A stretch of 64,000 nucleotides of DNA from Camelus ferus (GCF_009834535.1 NC_045696.1:103046001-103110000); one strand, 5' to 3'; numbered from the stretch's first letter, positions 48,101 through 61,633 are shown. Notes: generated from the sequence alone by a model not told the origin. Numbers and translations are program-made.

Positions 48101-51100
48101 AGTACAATCCTGTGTAAATGGGTTTTATAAATATCTCTTTATGGTGTTAACTAATTTAAAGACCAAAACCTTTCACTCCCAAAACTCAAAGATATGTCAA
48201 TAATAATAGTATTATTAATAATAATAGTTTTATTTTCTCAATAATAATAGTATTATTATCTATACATATGGTAAAATTTAAATAATTATTCCAGGGATGG
48301 TTTTCATTGAGTTTATACAGGAAAGCCCTTTTTTTTTTTATTGTTTTTATGTTTGAAAATTCAGAATACTTTTCTTCAATTAGTGTGTAAGGCAGACTAC
48401 TCTAAAATTCCTTAATTACATTAGATATTAAGTTGTGCCCATTTGAGTTCCTTGTTAGTGTATTACTGTTTCAGTAGTGTTCCCCTTACTTGCTCACAAA
48501 CATTTAAATACAGGAAACAACAAATTAGAGTCAGAACCATGAAGGCCTTTTTATAAAAGTAGATGCCTGTTAGCCAAAGTTTAGACATTATTTAATCCAC
48601 ATATGAAAAATAAGAAATCAGTTTTCGAAGTTTTCTGAATTTCCTGGTATAATCTAAGCTTTTTAAATTAATATAACCAAATTAGTGATTCTGTTTCACT
48701 GAAACCACATATACCATAAGGCTTTAAATCATTTGTAAACCTTTTAATGACCGTGTACAAACAGCCTTTTGATATAAATGGGCATTATGTTACTCATTAT
48801 AGTAATAGGGCTTTGAGGAGTTAATGTCAAATAGTAGGAAACTAATATTTTGAGTACCAAATCAGCCAAGTGCTTTATTTGGTGTTTTCCTAGGTTATCT
48901 TATTTTAAATAAGTAGATAATTTCCTGACAGTCCATGTGATCAAGCTTTTGGTGCATAATGTAACCATTAGTATGTCTGCATCTTACAAATTCCTCCTAT
49001 TTCTTTACTTTCTTTATTCAACTGTGATTGTTTACTCAGTTTTTATATAATAAGTCCCTATATTCTGCTTTTTATCAGCTGCTTAGATATTTGTGGTTGA
49101 TTATAATGATGATCTTGATCATTTTTCTTTGTTTTTTAGATTCCTGAATTTGATAACTTGTACCTGGATATGAATGGAATTATACATCAGTGTTCTCACC
49201 CTAATGATGATGATGTTCACTTCAGAATTTCAGATGATAAAATCTTTACTGACATTTTTCACTACTTGGAGGTGTTGTTTCGCATTATTAAGCCTAGAAA
49301 AGTGTTCTTCATGGCTGTTGATGGTGTGGCTCCTCGAGCAAAGATGAACCAGCAGCGTGGGAGGCGTTTTAGGTAAAAAATTTATGGTTTATTTTAGAAT
49401 ACTATTTAGATTAATAAAATATATTATTTTTAAAGATAACTGACTTAACACAATGCATCTCCTGTTCATGTTTCTTTTCTGCCTAACCCTCCCCACCTCA
49501 GAAATGGAAGTATCACATACTTATAATGTCACATTTTATCAATCAAGTAAACAAATTAGTAATTCAAATAAGGTGTCTTTTCTCAAAGTGTATGTTGGGC
49601 TGTATGAAGTTACTGTGTTGTTCTCTATCACAGATTTTTCAAACTGCTCAAAACTTGGTAATGGAAATAGTAGTTGTAGAGAAGGCTCCTGTAGTAGTTC
49701 GTCCTGAGCTATGGAACTGAAGAGTGAACAAGGAGATTGTGCTAATGAGAACATTACTGACATTTAATTAGACCCTGGGCTTGAGCATCATGTAGAAAGG
49801 CCAGGGAGGTTAGAAGGTGATTGAAGGAGTATGAGAAGAGAGCAGTTAGGACACTCAAGATATTATTAGCCCATTGTATGAGTTGGGTAGTAGGAGAAGC
49901 AGAAGGTTGAAAAAGGTTGTACCCAGAGAGAAAGTTTTAAAGTCCTGGACCTGTGGAATATTTCTAAGTAACAATGACTTGCTATATCCTTCTCAGGAGT
50001 AGCGTAAGTAAAATTAAGAGGGTTGTTAGACTTGAAGGAAAGAAACCCTGAGTTGAGGGAGTCTGATCAGTCATTAGCAGAATGGATCCTTTCCTTTCAT
50101 CACAATGGCAAGTATAGAGGTAGAAAGGGCATCTGCATCAAATGTGGAAATCATCAAGGAAGGTGGGAGAGTACCTGGGGAAGGCTAGCAGTGAGAATGG
50201 GAAGAGGATGGAAGACTGTACTGATTTAAATATCCAAAGAGGAAAGATACTGAAGATACTGGAACTGTGACATCCTTAAAGATAAGGACCATCTCTTACT
50301 AAAATTTAGATTCTCAAGTACCACCTAAGACTTACCTAATCTGAATCTCTAAAAACTGGGCCCTATTTTTAGATAGATGACAAATATTTTTTACCAGATT
50401 CCCCTGGTATTTGTTAAACTAGTTTTGGGGACCTGCTTGGCTAGAAAATCTAGTGTTGAGAAAGGATTATATAAGCCCACTGTATCAGTCGGTGTTCAGT
50501 TGTAGGTAATGGAAATCTAGCTATTTTAAGCAGCATGGGATATAAATACAGAGAACTGGATGCTTATAAAAATTATTGTAAAAGTCAAAAGGGTGGGAAT
50601 TTAGGTTAGCCTTTAAGAATGACTTCCAGAACACCATAGAACTGACCCACTAATGGCACTACTAATACAACATTTAGGAAGGTAAGGAGTTCAGAGGCCC
50701 TGGCAAGAACAGATAGATCTAGGAATTTATTCCTTTAGCTCTGATCCAGGAATTAAGAAGCTAACACCTGAACTGTTGGCTCCAAGAATGTATCACTTTA
50801 GTTACAGTTCCGCAATCAAGAAGCCACAACTTTGTTAGCTCCAGAGCCCCAAAGCATCTGCTATATCCAGACTAGGAAAAAAAAAAACACCTTGCTTCTT
50901 AGCACCTGTACAATTGCTGAATATTGAGATCTCTTTGACTATTGATGAAACACACCCCCCCACACATAACTTCAGTGCCTCAACTGTAATACAGACTTCA
51001 CCATACTTCATCATCCCAAACCTTTTATGGAAACATCTAACTGGCAAAGTCTGAGTCATATCCAGAAGCCTAGATGCAGAGAAGCATGAGAGTTTAATTT

Positions 51101-54100
51101 TTTTAGCTTTCCATCCTCTCTAGTATCAGAAGACAAACTAGGAGAATGAGATGGCTGTTGAGGGCTAATTCACCAGAACCACCACAAGCATTTACTCAAT
51201 TCTGTGGTGGTATCAAGTGCTCCATGTGTCCCCAAAATCCCTCAGTCAGCTTTCTGTCATTCTCCACAATGACTATTTTCATCATTCATAATCTTTAATC
51301 ATAATATTTCTGCATCTCTTACTCATTTTTAAATCTGCTGCCATGTCTTTCATCCTTACTATGCCATTGAAACCTCCTTATAAGATTACAAATAGACTCC
51401 TTATGGCTACATCTAAAGAATAATTCTATCTTTATACTACTTCATTTATCTCTAGTATTTAGCACTGTTGACTATTACTTCTTTCTTGAACTTCCTTCCC
51501 ATGACCTTCAGGTAACTGCACTCTCTCCAACTATACCGTCTTAATCTCCTTGTTATCTTCTCTTCCTCTGCTTTTTTCTTAAATATTAATGTTTGTTAAG
51601 GTTCTGTCCTGGGTCCTGAGAGATCTTACCCAGTAACTTTAATTACTGTATCTTTACTGATGACTTCCAAATTTATCTTACTGGAAGATACCTCTTTTCA
51701 GAGCTTCTATATATCCAGATGCCTGCTAACTGATTCCTCTGGATACCACAGATACATTTCAGGCTTAACATGTTTAGAACTGAACTCATCTTTACCTCAA
51801 ACCTGCTGCCTTCTGTGTTTCCTATTTCCGTGAATGACAACACTGTGCAAATAGCTGCTCATTTCCAAAGTCCAAGAGTAATTGGGACTCCTCCCTCTTC
51901 CTCATTCCCCACATCCAAGTCCTACTTATCCAGTCTCTTACATTTATCATATCTGTTTATTTTTTCATCTTTACTGCTACTATCTCAGCCTAGGTCATCA
52001 AAATCTACCTAGATTACATTAATAATTTTACCTTATCCCTTTCCCAGACATTCTCTATATTGCAGCTACATTAAACATGGCTGTTTAATTTTCCATCTCC
52101 CCACTAAAATGTAAACTTTGTGAGAAGAGGAATCATTTCTTTTTTGTTATATCCCAAAAACTTGTCACATAGTAACATTGAATAGTCATTTCTTCAATTA
52201 AAGAAAGAAGGAGAGAAAAGAGGAAAGAATAGCTTCCATTGGCAGGATTACACATGAATTGTTATCTTCAGGGTTTTTGTTCTATTAAAGAAGGTGGTAA
52301 GAGAGAGAGGTTAAATATGAAGAAGAGTTTGTTTATCACAGAAATAGAATTTCACAGGGCAGAGTAGAGGGAGCCAGTAACGAGGCTGTAGAAAATGTGC
52401 ATAAAGCAGAACTTCCTAACTTGTATGCCTAACTGTATGTGACATATTTGTGTGCCACACGTGGATTACAGGAGAAGCCAGATAGGAATTGGGATGCCTG
52501 TATTCAAACCTAGGTCTATCAGACTCTAAACCTCATGTTCTTCCTAGGAAATCCTATTGCCTCCAAAATGAGATCCTTTTGGCTGCTTATGTCATTAATG
52601 TTATTAGGCTTTCATTTTAGATGTTTTCATGAGGTAACCCAGAGATATACATTACAATTTTATAACTTTTTATATGATATTCTAGGAGATCATTTTAATA
52701 ATATACTTATTTGTTATTATTAAATGTAGTTATATATGGTGAATGTTTAATGCTGTACTTTTGAAATTATTTCTAGAACCAATAAACTGTATATTTGTGA
52801 TAAGAAAAGAATTACTTTATAATAAGTATTTGTAATATTCTACATCCATTTTATGCTGTTATAATGTTCTACTTCTATAGTCCTCTTTTAAAAAAACTCA
52901 ATTCTTTAAATAAATAAAAACAAACAGTTCTGAGGCTCATCTTTATTGATTATAGTCATTTCAAAACTTACGTGTTTTGAACCTTAAAATTGATAAATTA
53001 TTTTAGTTACAAAAACATCTTAATAACAATTTACTTTATGTAGAGATCTCTCCATTTTCCAGAAAGTTGAAGATCTTTTTTTTTCCTCTTAACATTTAAG
53101 GTCAGCAAAGGAGGCAGAAGACAAAATTAAAAAGGCAATAGAAAAAGGAGAAACTCTTCCTACAGAGGCCAGATTTGATTCCAATTGCATTACACCAGGT
53201 AAATTCACTGAGGGAAAAATTCTGAGAGATTTAAAATGTAAATGTAAATGTAAATGTGTTTTCCAAATGTAGTTTTCTTTTCTAACCTCTTATTTATTTT
53301 GTCCCTAGAACTCCGTATGCTGTATTTTCCCAGTTACGTCTCTTCATGAGATGCTTTGGTCACCTTTGTCATAAATTCCACTATGAAATCCACTGTAGGG
53401 ATTTACAAATGTTGATAAGAGCAGCTATGGACAGGACTCTCCCAAATGCACAGAATTCCAGACCTAGAAGGAACTTAAAAGATCAGTCCTATTTCTGCCA
53501 TCTATTTGTATGAAAACTGATTGAGTGAGGCTGTGGCTCACCCCAGTTCATGTAGCTGGCTTGTATTCAGGATAAGAAATCCATTTTCCTAGTCTAGAGT
53601 TCTTCTTATTCTGCTTCTCAAAGGCAGTTAAGATTTCCGTGACTTTAACGATACATAAATTTATCAGTATTACAAGTTTAATTTTATATGCAACAACATA
53701 GCCTGCACTTCTGGAGATTTGTCCAACATTGTAATCCTTTACTTTGAAAAGCAAATCTTAAAATCTTACTTTCTCATTAATTCTTTACTATGGTGGTTTT
53801 CTCTCTCATTAAGTGCCCCAGTAACACATTGCTTAATTTAATAACCAGTTTTATCATGATACAGTTTAAGACTGCATTGCCTTTGACTATTGACCATCGG
53901 GGCTTTTCTTTAAACAATCATTGTAGACTCAGTTTCCAGATTAATAATAATTTTTCAGGTTAACTGTAGTAATAATAATAGTAATGTTGTTATTGGTGAT
54001 CTTATTGATGTTTTCATGCCTTAAAAACAAACAACAAACAGAAAACTTCAAAATCCAGCAGAGGAAATAGAAGACTGAAGTTCATTAGAGAGTTGAAACT

Positions 54101-57100
54101 ATTTGAAGCATAGTCCTGAGGCAGTTCTTTGACTTTCATTCTTTGACATTCTTTGACTTTCCCTCTCTCACATTAACTTCATTTTAGGGTGACTCATGAA
54201 ACTGGAAATAGTTGTGATATTTGCTAGGGAAAGTACAACATTTACTCTTGCTTTTCGAGGTAAGCAAGAGAGCTTTTGACCTCCTTTGGAGATCTTATAC
54301 CTCGCTATTCCCTGGACACCCAGATCCAATTTCATGTTGTCACTGGGAACTTACTGTTTTTATATCTCTTTCAGATTAAATTTTTAAAAACTTTTTATTT
54401 ATAGGGACTGAATTCATGGCCAGGTTACATGAACATCTGAAGTATTTTGTAAATATGAAAATTTCTACAGACAAGTCATGGCAGGGAGTTACCATCTACT
54501 TCTCAGGCCATGAGGTTATTATCTTTTTTTATTTAAAGAGTTTTTTTCATTTAAAATTGCAAAGCATAACATCTTACCACTTTCTTTTTTAAACATTATA
54601 TTTAGACTCCTGGAGAAGGAGAACATAAAATCATGGAATTTATCAGATCCGAGAAGGCAAAGCCAGATCATGATCCAAACACCAGACATTGTCTTTATGG
54701 CTTAGATGCTGACTTGGTAGGTATAATGTTTGTTGTGATTATAATCTTATGCCATTGTAGTTAAATATCTAGGAGGCTTAGTTTTAATATAAGAAGGTTT
54801 CTGGCTGTGGGAACAAATATTGAAGACATAATAGAGATTGCTACTTCTGCTATTACCAAAGTTGTAAAACATTTGGGGAAGGAGTTCTTTTGTTACAGTT
54901 TATGATCAACAGTCTCTATAGTTAGTTGGTGTTCACACTTGACTGACCCCAGTGCTATGACTGCTGGGCCGAGGTCAGGGGAGAGGGCCCTTTTTACCCT
55001 CATGCTTATTAGTATATGACTTTTAATACCACCTGATCTAATAAATCCATAACCCCAGTAACTTTACTAGATTTTTTTGATTTTAACTTTTTATTATGGA
55101 AATTTGCAAACATAAACAAAAGTAGAGAAGAGAGTATAATATAAACCTCCTTGTGTCTTGTTATCCACCTTCAATAACTTCAGTTCTTATCCCTAGCCAT
55201 CTGTCTCCTTCCTCCTACTTCTCTGGATTCTTGAAGTATATCCCAGGTGTTGTGTCATGTAATCTATAGATATTTCATAATGGGGGGATATTAAAAATAG
55301 TAATAATAATTCCAATGTCATTATCCCACATAAAACAAAAATTAACAAATCACTATTTAATATATAAATAATCATTTAGTATTCTCATTTCCCTGATGGC
55401 TTCATAAATGTTTTGTTTGAGTCAGGATTTAAATAAAATAAGCAATATACATTGCACTTGGTTGATATGTCTCACTAGACTATTTGACTTACTTTGGGGT
55501 TTAGAATACTATGTGAGAATATTAACTGAAAATATCCTTTTCCAGTTTTTTCTGAGTTTTCACATAACTCCAGAAGAGTCCTGTATTCTTCTGTCATGGA
55601 AATGCTGCTGCCTCTAATTTCCTACCCATTCCCCCATGGAAAGTGGAAAGGTGTAAAAACAAAGGGAAAATTTTGGGGATTTTTTTGTGGGGGGTGCAGT
55701 GGAGTGGTTATAAAAGTTATGTGAGTTTAAGGTGAACTTTTTCCCTTAGAAAAATATACTCAATTTACCCCATTCATAACCTATAAATGGATCATATTTT
55801 GATATTTTTATATTCAATTTGCTAATAAATTATTTATTTTCCTCACATAAGCATGTTCTTCTCTATATAGAAGTGTTTTTGATTGCTTTTGTGAACCTGT
55901 TGCTATAAAAAATGAGAGAATTAGAAACATTTCTTCATCATTTTTCAACAGATTATGCTTGGATTAACAAGTCATGAAGCACATTTCTCTCTTTTAAGAG
56001 AAGAGGTTCGGTTTGGTGGCAAAAAGGCACAAAGGTAAATCATATTGCCTATATATTGGAAAAAAGAATAGAAATTAAGTTAGGAATAGTAATCTCTTAA
56101 CAGATATATGATCTGTAAATATTTTCTCCAATTCCATGCCTTTTCACTCTGTTGATAGTGTCCTTTGATGTACAAAATTTTAATTTTGAAGTCCAATCTA
56201 TCTGATTTTTTCTTTTGTTGCTTGTACATTTTAATGTAATGTTCAAGAAATCATTGCCAAATCCAATGTCATAAAGCTTTTCCCTATTTTATTCTAAGAG
56301 TTTTATAGTTTTAGCTCTTACATTTAGGTCTCTGATCCATGTTGAGTTAACTTTTGTATATGTTGTAAGGTAAGGGTCTAACTTCATTCTTTTGATATCC
56401 AGTTTTTCCAACACCATTTGTTGAAAAGACTCTTTTCCCTGTTGAATGGTCTTGGCTCCCTGATCAAAGATCACTTGATTATATATGCAGACATTTGTTT
56501 CTGGGCTCTGTATTCTATTCCATTGGTCTATATGCCTGTCTTTATGCCAGTACCACAGTATTTTGATTACTGTAGCTTTGTAGTAAGTTTTGAAATCAGA
56601 AAGGGTGACACCTCCAATTTTCTTCTTTTTCAAGACTATTTTGGCTATATCTTGGGGTCTCCTGAAATTAATAATTTCTGGGATGGATTTTTTTTTTAAT
56701 TCTTCTAAAAAAGTTGGGATTTTGATAAGGATGGCATTGAATCTTTGGGTAGTATTCACATCTTTATATGAAGTCTTCCACTCTATTAACATGGAGTGTC
56801 AGTCTATTCATTTATGTCTTCTTTAATTCCTTTCAGCCTTGTAGTTTCAGTGTACAAGTCCTTTTTTTTTTCTTATTTTTTTCCTTTAATTAAAAAAAGT
56901 TTTTTAAATATAGTTTCCATGCTGTGCGTTACATCCCCAGGACTTATTTATCTTATAACTGGAAGTTTATAGCTTTTGACTACCTTCACCCATTTCACCC
57001 AGCCCCCACTCCCTACCTTTGTGAATCATTAATCTGTTCTCTGTATCTATGAGTTCAGTTTTTTGCCTCTGGTTTTTTCTTTTGCCTCCCTGGTCAAGTT

Positions 57101-60100
57101 TATTTTTGAGTGTTTTATTCTTTTGGATGGTATTGTAAGTGGAATTGTTTCTTAATTTCCTTTTTGGACTATTTGTTGCTGCTATATAGAAACACAACTG
57201 ATTTTTGTGTTGGTCTTGTACCCAGCACCTATGCTGAATTCATTTTTAGCTCTAGTAGTTTTTTTGGTATTTTCTGTGGTATTTCCTATATATAGAATTA
57301 TGCCATCTGTAAAGAGAATTTTACTTCTTCTTTTCCAACTTGGATACTTTTTATTTCTTTTCTTGCCTAATTGCCCCAGCTAGGACTTCCAGCATAATGT
57401 TGAATAACTGTAGTGAAAACTGGCGTCCTTGTCTTGTTCCTGATCTTAGGAGTTCCTTGCCATGGGAGAAAAACAGACTTTCACCATTGATATAATATTA
57501 GCTGTGGATTTTTCACAAATTCCCACAATCATATTGAGAAAGTTTCCTTCTATTCCTACTTTGCTGAGTATTTTTTATCATGAAAGGGTGTTAAATTTTG
57601 ACATTTTTTTCTGTTAAATGATTATGTGTTGTTTTTGGGAGCCAGATCCCACTGGTTTCTTACATCTGCTGTGTACTATTTAGACTTCCTTAATTCTGAG
57701 AGTCCTTCCACAGAAAGCATAATATAAACCAATTATTTTGAACTTTATGTCTAGTATATTTGCAGTTATATTTTTATCTTAACATTACCCTGTAGTTTTC
57801 ATATGAATTCCATGCCTTGATGGTAAGAATTAATTATCTTCTAATGATAGGTTTTATTTTAATTTACATTTTTAAACTTGAACCTTAAAAAATATAATTA
57901 ACTCTGTGTTGATCATCTGACTAATTACAGGGTGTGTGCACCAGAAGAAACCACATTTCACCTCCTACACTTGTCTTTAATGAGAGAGTATATTGACTAT
58001 GAGTTTTCAGCATTAAAAGTAAGTATTAATATAACCATAGGCCAAAGATGAATATGCAGAAATTTCCATAGGATTTGACTCTTTCCTCCATGTTGCTGTA
58101 GGACAAGATCACATTTAAATATGATATTGAAAGGATAATAGATGATTGGATTTTGATGGGATTTCTTGTTGGCAATGATTTTATCCCTCATCTACCTCAT
58201 TTACATATTAATCATGATGCACTGCCTCTTCTTTATGGAACATATATTACCATCCTGCCAGAACTTGGGGGTAAGAAAAGTTTAATATTAATTTGAAGCT
58301 ACTTTAATTTAGCACTCAGCTAACTCTAAAAATGTCCCTAAGCTTATTAGATTATTGCATGCACAACTAAAGTAGAAAAAAATCTGGAGTTTCTTTTGGT
58401 CTAAGGTACCAAGCTCTAAGGTTGTAATTTTCAGTGGTTCACAAGCAAAGAAAATGACCCAAATTAAACAGTATCATTTATTGATACCTAACTAATGCCC
58501 ACTTTTAATTGCTTAAGAAAGCCAGCAAACATTATTGGTTTCACTTAGCCCTTTTCATATATAAGCATAGAAATTCAGTTTTACTGAATGGATAAGCATC
58601 AGAGTATTTAATATGAGGGAAATATTTTTAAGTTAAAATGGGAATTGACAAATAGCAGTGATACTGAATAAAACAGACAACAGAGTAGCAGGACATTAGT
58701 CTTTTTCTTCTCAAATTAACATATCAAATGAATGACCTAAATATATTCTAGGACATATTTAATTCAGTTAATTGTTACCTAATGTTTTTGGAAATTTGGC
58801 AGGATTATTATTTTGTAAACCTGGAATTTCTTGTATTTTGTTTCAGTTCTTATGTATTGTGTGTCATAGTAACATCAAGTTCATAGAAACTAGGGCCACT
58901 TATATAGCCTAACACTGAGTGTTTGTTCTTGATTAGTAGAATGTCAACAATCAACATTTTGTAAAAAGAATTTTGTAGAATTCTTTAGAAAAAATAATGT
59001 CAGTTTTTAGTACAAATGTAAATTTTGTTCCTTTTAGGTTATATTAATGAAAGCGGGCATCTCAACTTACCTCGATTTGAGAAATACCTTGTGAAACTAT
59101 CAGATGTAAGTAACTAGAAGTTTTTGTTTTCCTATCTCAGAATAGCTTTAAATGGTCAGTTACCAATTATGTAATACTAGGAGTTTTTGTAAATCTGCTC
59201 TAGTTGGTCATTCTGTACAAATAATTTCACCTCAGTTATTTTTATTTCTATTTGCTTTTTAGTTTTAGTTTTCAGAGTAGTAGATGAAGTCCCCATATGC
59301 ATAAAAAAGTAACATCCTCTGATTTCTTATGCCTCAAAAATAGTCACTTTTAAAATTTGCTTTGTATTCTTCCAGACGTACTTAGATTATTTTTTAATGA
59401 ATTTAAATATTTCTATACAGTTTGATCGAGAGCACTTCAGTGAAGTTTTTGTGGACCTGAAGTGGTTTGAAAGCAAAGTTGGTAACAAGTACCTCAATGA
59501 AGCAGCAGGTGTTGCAGCAGAAGAAGCCAAGAACTACAAGGAAAAGAAAAAATCAAAGGTGTCCATTTTTTTAGATGTCCTTTCATTTTTTTAACTGTAA
59601 AGGCAAAACTGATATTCCTTGCTTCTGATTTTCCTTCTTATTATTTTGGGGTTGCTTCATTTTAGTTTTATTTCTTCTTTTCTTCTATGGACACTTAAAA
59701 AATTCTCTTGATTTCTTTTTCTCTGTTAAATCCTATCATTTAAATCTGATCTTTAAACATCAGTTTCTTATTTTCACCCTTGAAGAAGAATGTGGTGTTT
59801 TCTTTGCTCTTCCATTCTATTAATAAGTGTAGAAAACATTTCTAAATATAAGAGCCCAGAAAATCAGTTATCACTGTAAAAATGTAGTTATTTACAGTAT
59901 TTAATGTTATGAGGCATTAACTAGATTCGTGATTTTTCTCTTGAAACAATTTATATATAAAATAATATATAAACTACACCGATAGGCTAGGTTAAAAGTA
60001 ATTAATAGCACAGTATCTGGTAAATGATGGTGCTCAATAAATGAATAATAGAATCAATTAGACTATACCACTGCCCTGTAAAACACCTCTAATAAGCCCT

Positions 60101-61633
60101 AAAGAATGTCTTACATGTGTTAGCATGGAAAGTAAACCTATTCTGAAATTTTCCTCAGCCAGTCTACAATTATTGGATTCTGGAAAAATTGATGAGTTTC
60201 CTGCACTCTCCTTGCTGTACTGGTACTTTTTAGGTTAAACCCTAATATCTCTTTTCTGGGAAGGGCAACTATTCTGATTTTCTTTAGTGCAGTTCTTCTA
60301 ATTGCTTAGCTTTTCCTCAGTGGAACTTAGCAGCAGTCATTCTGTATTCTTCTGTGTTTTTTGTCTTAATTGAATAGGCTCTGCAACTTTTGGGGGACCG
60401 ATACTCACAAACTTAAATATCAGTAATCCATGGCTCCACCCTCCTCAGCTCAGTCCTTGAGCTTCGCCAGTCGTCCAGGAGTATGTAGTTGACATTAGAG
60501 ACGCTGGTAAAATGAGAGGAGCTAGAGAAACAGCTCAGGCACAGAAAATTATCAGAGGCCCTAGTCTTGATGAAGAAAAAGAAGTGGGAATAATAGAGTA
60601 GGAAGAATTAAGGAAAGTCATTGGCAGTTGATAGGGAATCAGAAAATAGAGGAGAGAAAGGATGAAATCGCAAGGGAGGAAAACAGGTGGACAGGATGTG
60701 AAGGATGTGGTGAAATGGAAGAACTATAGAAAGCAAATGAGTTGCATAGAAGAAAAGTTTAGAAGTGAAGGGTAGATAACGAAGTCATAGGAATGATGGG
60801 AATCAGAGATACAGAAAATAAGTAATATCTGTAATTATTGGATTCAATCATAAACAAATAGATTGTGTTAACAGTAGCCCAGAATTTGACATATAAAAAT
60901 GTTAAAGTTGAAAGGATTTGATATTGATTGTGTACTTTTCTCTAAGTAAATGAAATATTCCTGAAATATATATGTAGTTAAGTATATTTCTCTTTTATAT
61001 TGGTGAGAATTACTTACTACTTATCATTGAGAGGCCTAAATGTTAAGTTCCTCATAATAAAAGATTTCTAGCTTCAGGAAACAAGGGATAAAATGAAAAA
61101 TATTTACACATTATTTGAGGATTATTTTTAAAATGAACTTTTGCAGTGTGTCACTTAAGGTCATTCAGTTATTTTTAGTATTTTCTAAATCTCCCTATTA
61201 AATATATCACTTTGAAGTATATCTTGCCATAAATTTTATATTGATTTATAATTTTTATAGGGCCAGGAAAACTCTCTATGTTGGGCTGCTCTAGATAAAA
61301 ATGGAGAAGTGGTAACTTCTAAGGGTGAGTATAAACTATATGTTTTAATGTAGGTTATTTTTTTGACAGAATAGTTCTTATATATTTCCTTTATTAGTAC
61401 TAATTCATTAATATTGGATGGAACAGATTTTTGTGATAGTTTATGAAGCATTTGCTTTGATAAGTGTTTTTCAAAGCATTAAATGGAATGCTAATTGTAA
61501 GCCACTATTTTTCTTTTTTTTTTCCAGAAAATTTAGAAGATGAGACTGAAGATGATGACCTATTTGAAACCGAGTTTAGACAATATAAAAGAACATATTA
61601 CATGACAAAGATGGGAGTTGATATAGTGTCTGA
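38459..61633 (+). CDS. XRN1: XRN1 5'-3' exoribonuclease 1, first 12 coding exons (gene continues beyond window)
   Basis: join(38459-38533,49140-49372,53101-53198,54405-54514,54606-54716,55952-56034,57931-58018,58102-58270,59038-59105,59421-59558,61261-61324,61528-61633). Has the XRN motifs [61 protein letters not shown]. Confidence 0.98.
39163..39204. repeat. (TG)13 followed by (AG)n microsatellite in XRN1 intron 1
   Basis: Directly visible. Confidence 0.92.
40260..42835 (+). mobile_element. Old L1-derived element: 5' UTR, decayed ORF1 and L1MC-like 3' UTR, no ORF2 (HAL1-like)
   Basis: 5' end aagatgg; ORF1 remnants ataggtgtccctgaa (IGVPE), gaagaaaacttttctgaa, gccagaagaaaatgg; then L1MC-type 3' UTR (ccctagctctgtcc, cttggagaaatgactgattcca). 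Confidence 0.65.
42869..43059 (-). mobile_element. Young camelid-type L1 3' end
   Basis: Perfect 17-bp TSD tatttcagagaattctt (42852-42868 and 43060-43076). Confidence 0.9.
44215..44680 (-). mobile_element. MIR interrupted by a MER96B-like hAT fragment (44447-44585) and an L1 fragment
   Basis: MIR core tttgtagctgagaaaactgag...gaatttgaaacca; insert begins caggatttcttaacctttctttcattat. Confidence 0.6.
45330..46090 (-). mobile_element. L2 fragment
   Basis: cattt(attt)n tail then ctttgtgtcaggcagtgtgc, gaggaactcatagttta. Confidence 0.65.
46230..47790 (-). mobile_element. Very old L1 (L1ME-like) fragments
   Basis: tagtattccattgtgtggatgtacca, ataccagtttatattccca, gttgaacatttttttcac. Confidence 0.6.
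47818..47952 (+). mobile_element. Camelid tRNA-derived SINE (Vic-1 type), long form with internal deletion
   Basis: gggagggtatagctcaagtg...gggttcaatccccagtacctcc; TSD aaaaa(g/t)cacatt. Confidence 0.88.
49140..49372 (+). CDS. XRN1: XRN1 exon 2 ([16 protein letters not shown]...RGRRF)
   Basis: 233 bp, ttag|ATT ... AG|gtaaaa. Confidence 0.97.
50481..51186. mobile_element. Old ERVL-MaLR-like LTR
   Basis: tgtatcagtc.g.gttcagttgtagg start and ...ccaca end, typical of old MLT1 LTRs; highly diverged. Confidence 0.5.
51290..52215 (+). mobile_element. L2 fragment
   Basis: gtatttagcactgttgac, tgatgacttccaaatttat, aacatgtttagaactgaactcatc. Confidence 0.7.
53101..53198 (+). CDS. XRN1: XRN1 exon 3 (SAKEAEDK...FDSNCITP)
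   Basis: 98 bp, taag|G ... G|gtaaat. Confidence 0.96.
54405..54514 (+). CDS. XRN1: XRN1 exon 4 ([11 protein letters not shown]...SGHE)
   Basis: 110 bp, atag|GG ... GAG|gttatt. Confidence 0.96.
54606..54716 (+). CDS. XRN1: XRN1 exon 5 ([10 protein letters not shown]...GLDADL)
   Basis: 111 bp, ttag|ACT ... TTG|gtaggt. Confidence 0.96.
55952..56034 (+). CDS. XRN1: XRN1 exon 6 ([19 protein letters not shown]...)
   Basis: 83 bp, acag|ATT ... AG|gtaaat. Confidence 0.96.
56095..57630 (-). mobile_element. L1 ORF2 fragment (with nested L1 3' piece at ~56860-57075)
   Basis: Minus ORF 56289..56792 has [36 protein letters not shown], i.e. L1 ORF2. Confidence 0.9.
57931..58018 (+). CDS. XRN1: XRN1 exon 7 ([20 protein letters not shown]...)
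   Basis: 88 bp, acag|G ... AAA|gtaagt. Confidence 0.96.
58102..58270 (+). CDS. XRN1: XRN1 exon 8 ([16 protein letters not shown]...GNDFIPHLP...)
   Basis: 169 bp, gtag|GAC ... G|gtaaga; preceded by an 83-bp intron. Confidence 0.96.
59038..59105 (+). CDS. XRN1: XRN1 exon 9 ([22 protein letters not shown])
   Basis: 68 bp, ttag|GT ... GAT|gtaagt. Confidence 0.96.
59421..59558 (+). CDS. XRN1: XRN1 exon 10 ([15 protein letters not shown]...KKKSK)
   Basis: 138 bp, acag|TTT ... AAG|gtgtcc. Confidence 0.94.
61261..61324 (+). CDS. XRN1: XRN1 exon 11 ([21 protein letters not shown])
   Basis: 64 bp, atag|GGC ... G|gtgagt; phase fits both neighbours. Confidence 0.92.
61528..61633 (+). CDS. XRN1: XRN1 exon 12 ([34 protein letters not shown])
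   Basis: 106 bp, ccag|AA ... GA|gtacgt. Confidence 0.94.

Noticed and set aside
53080..53100. U12-like branch sequence cctcttaac before XRN1 exon 3
   Set aside because: The paired donor (GTAAAA) is U2-type
56289..56792. 167-aa minus-strand ORF
   Set aside because: Decayed L1 ORF2 fragment
59559..61260. XRN1 intron 10 donor GTGTCCAT as a possible U12-type site
   Set aside because: Does not match GTATCCTT and there is no TCCTTAAC branch near the acceptor; just a weak U2 donor
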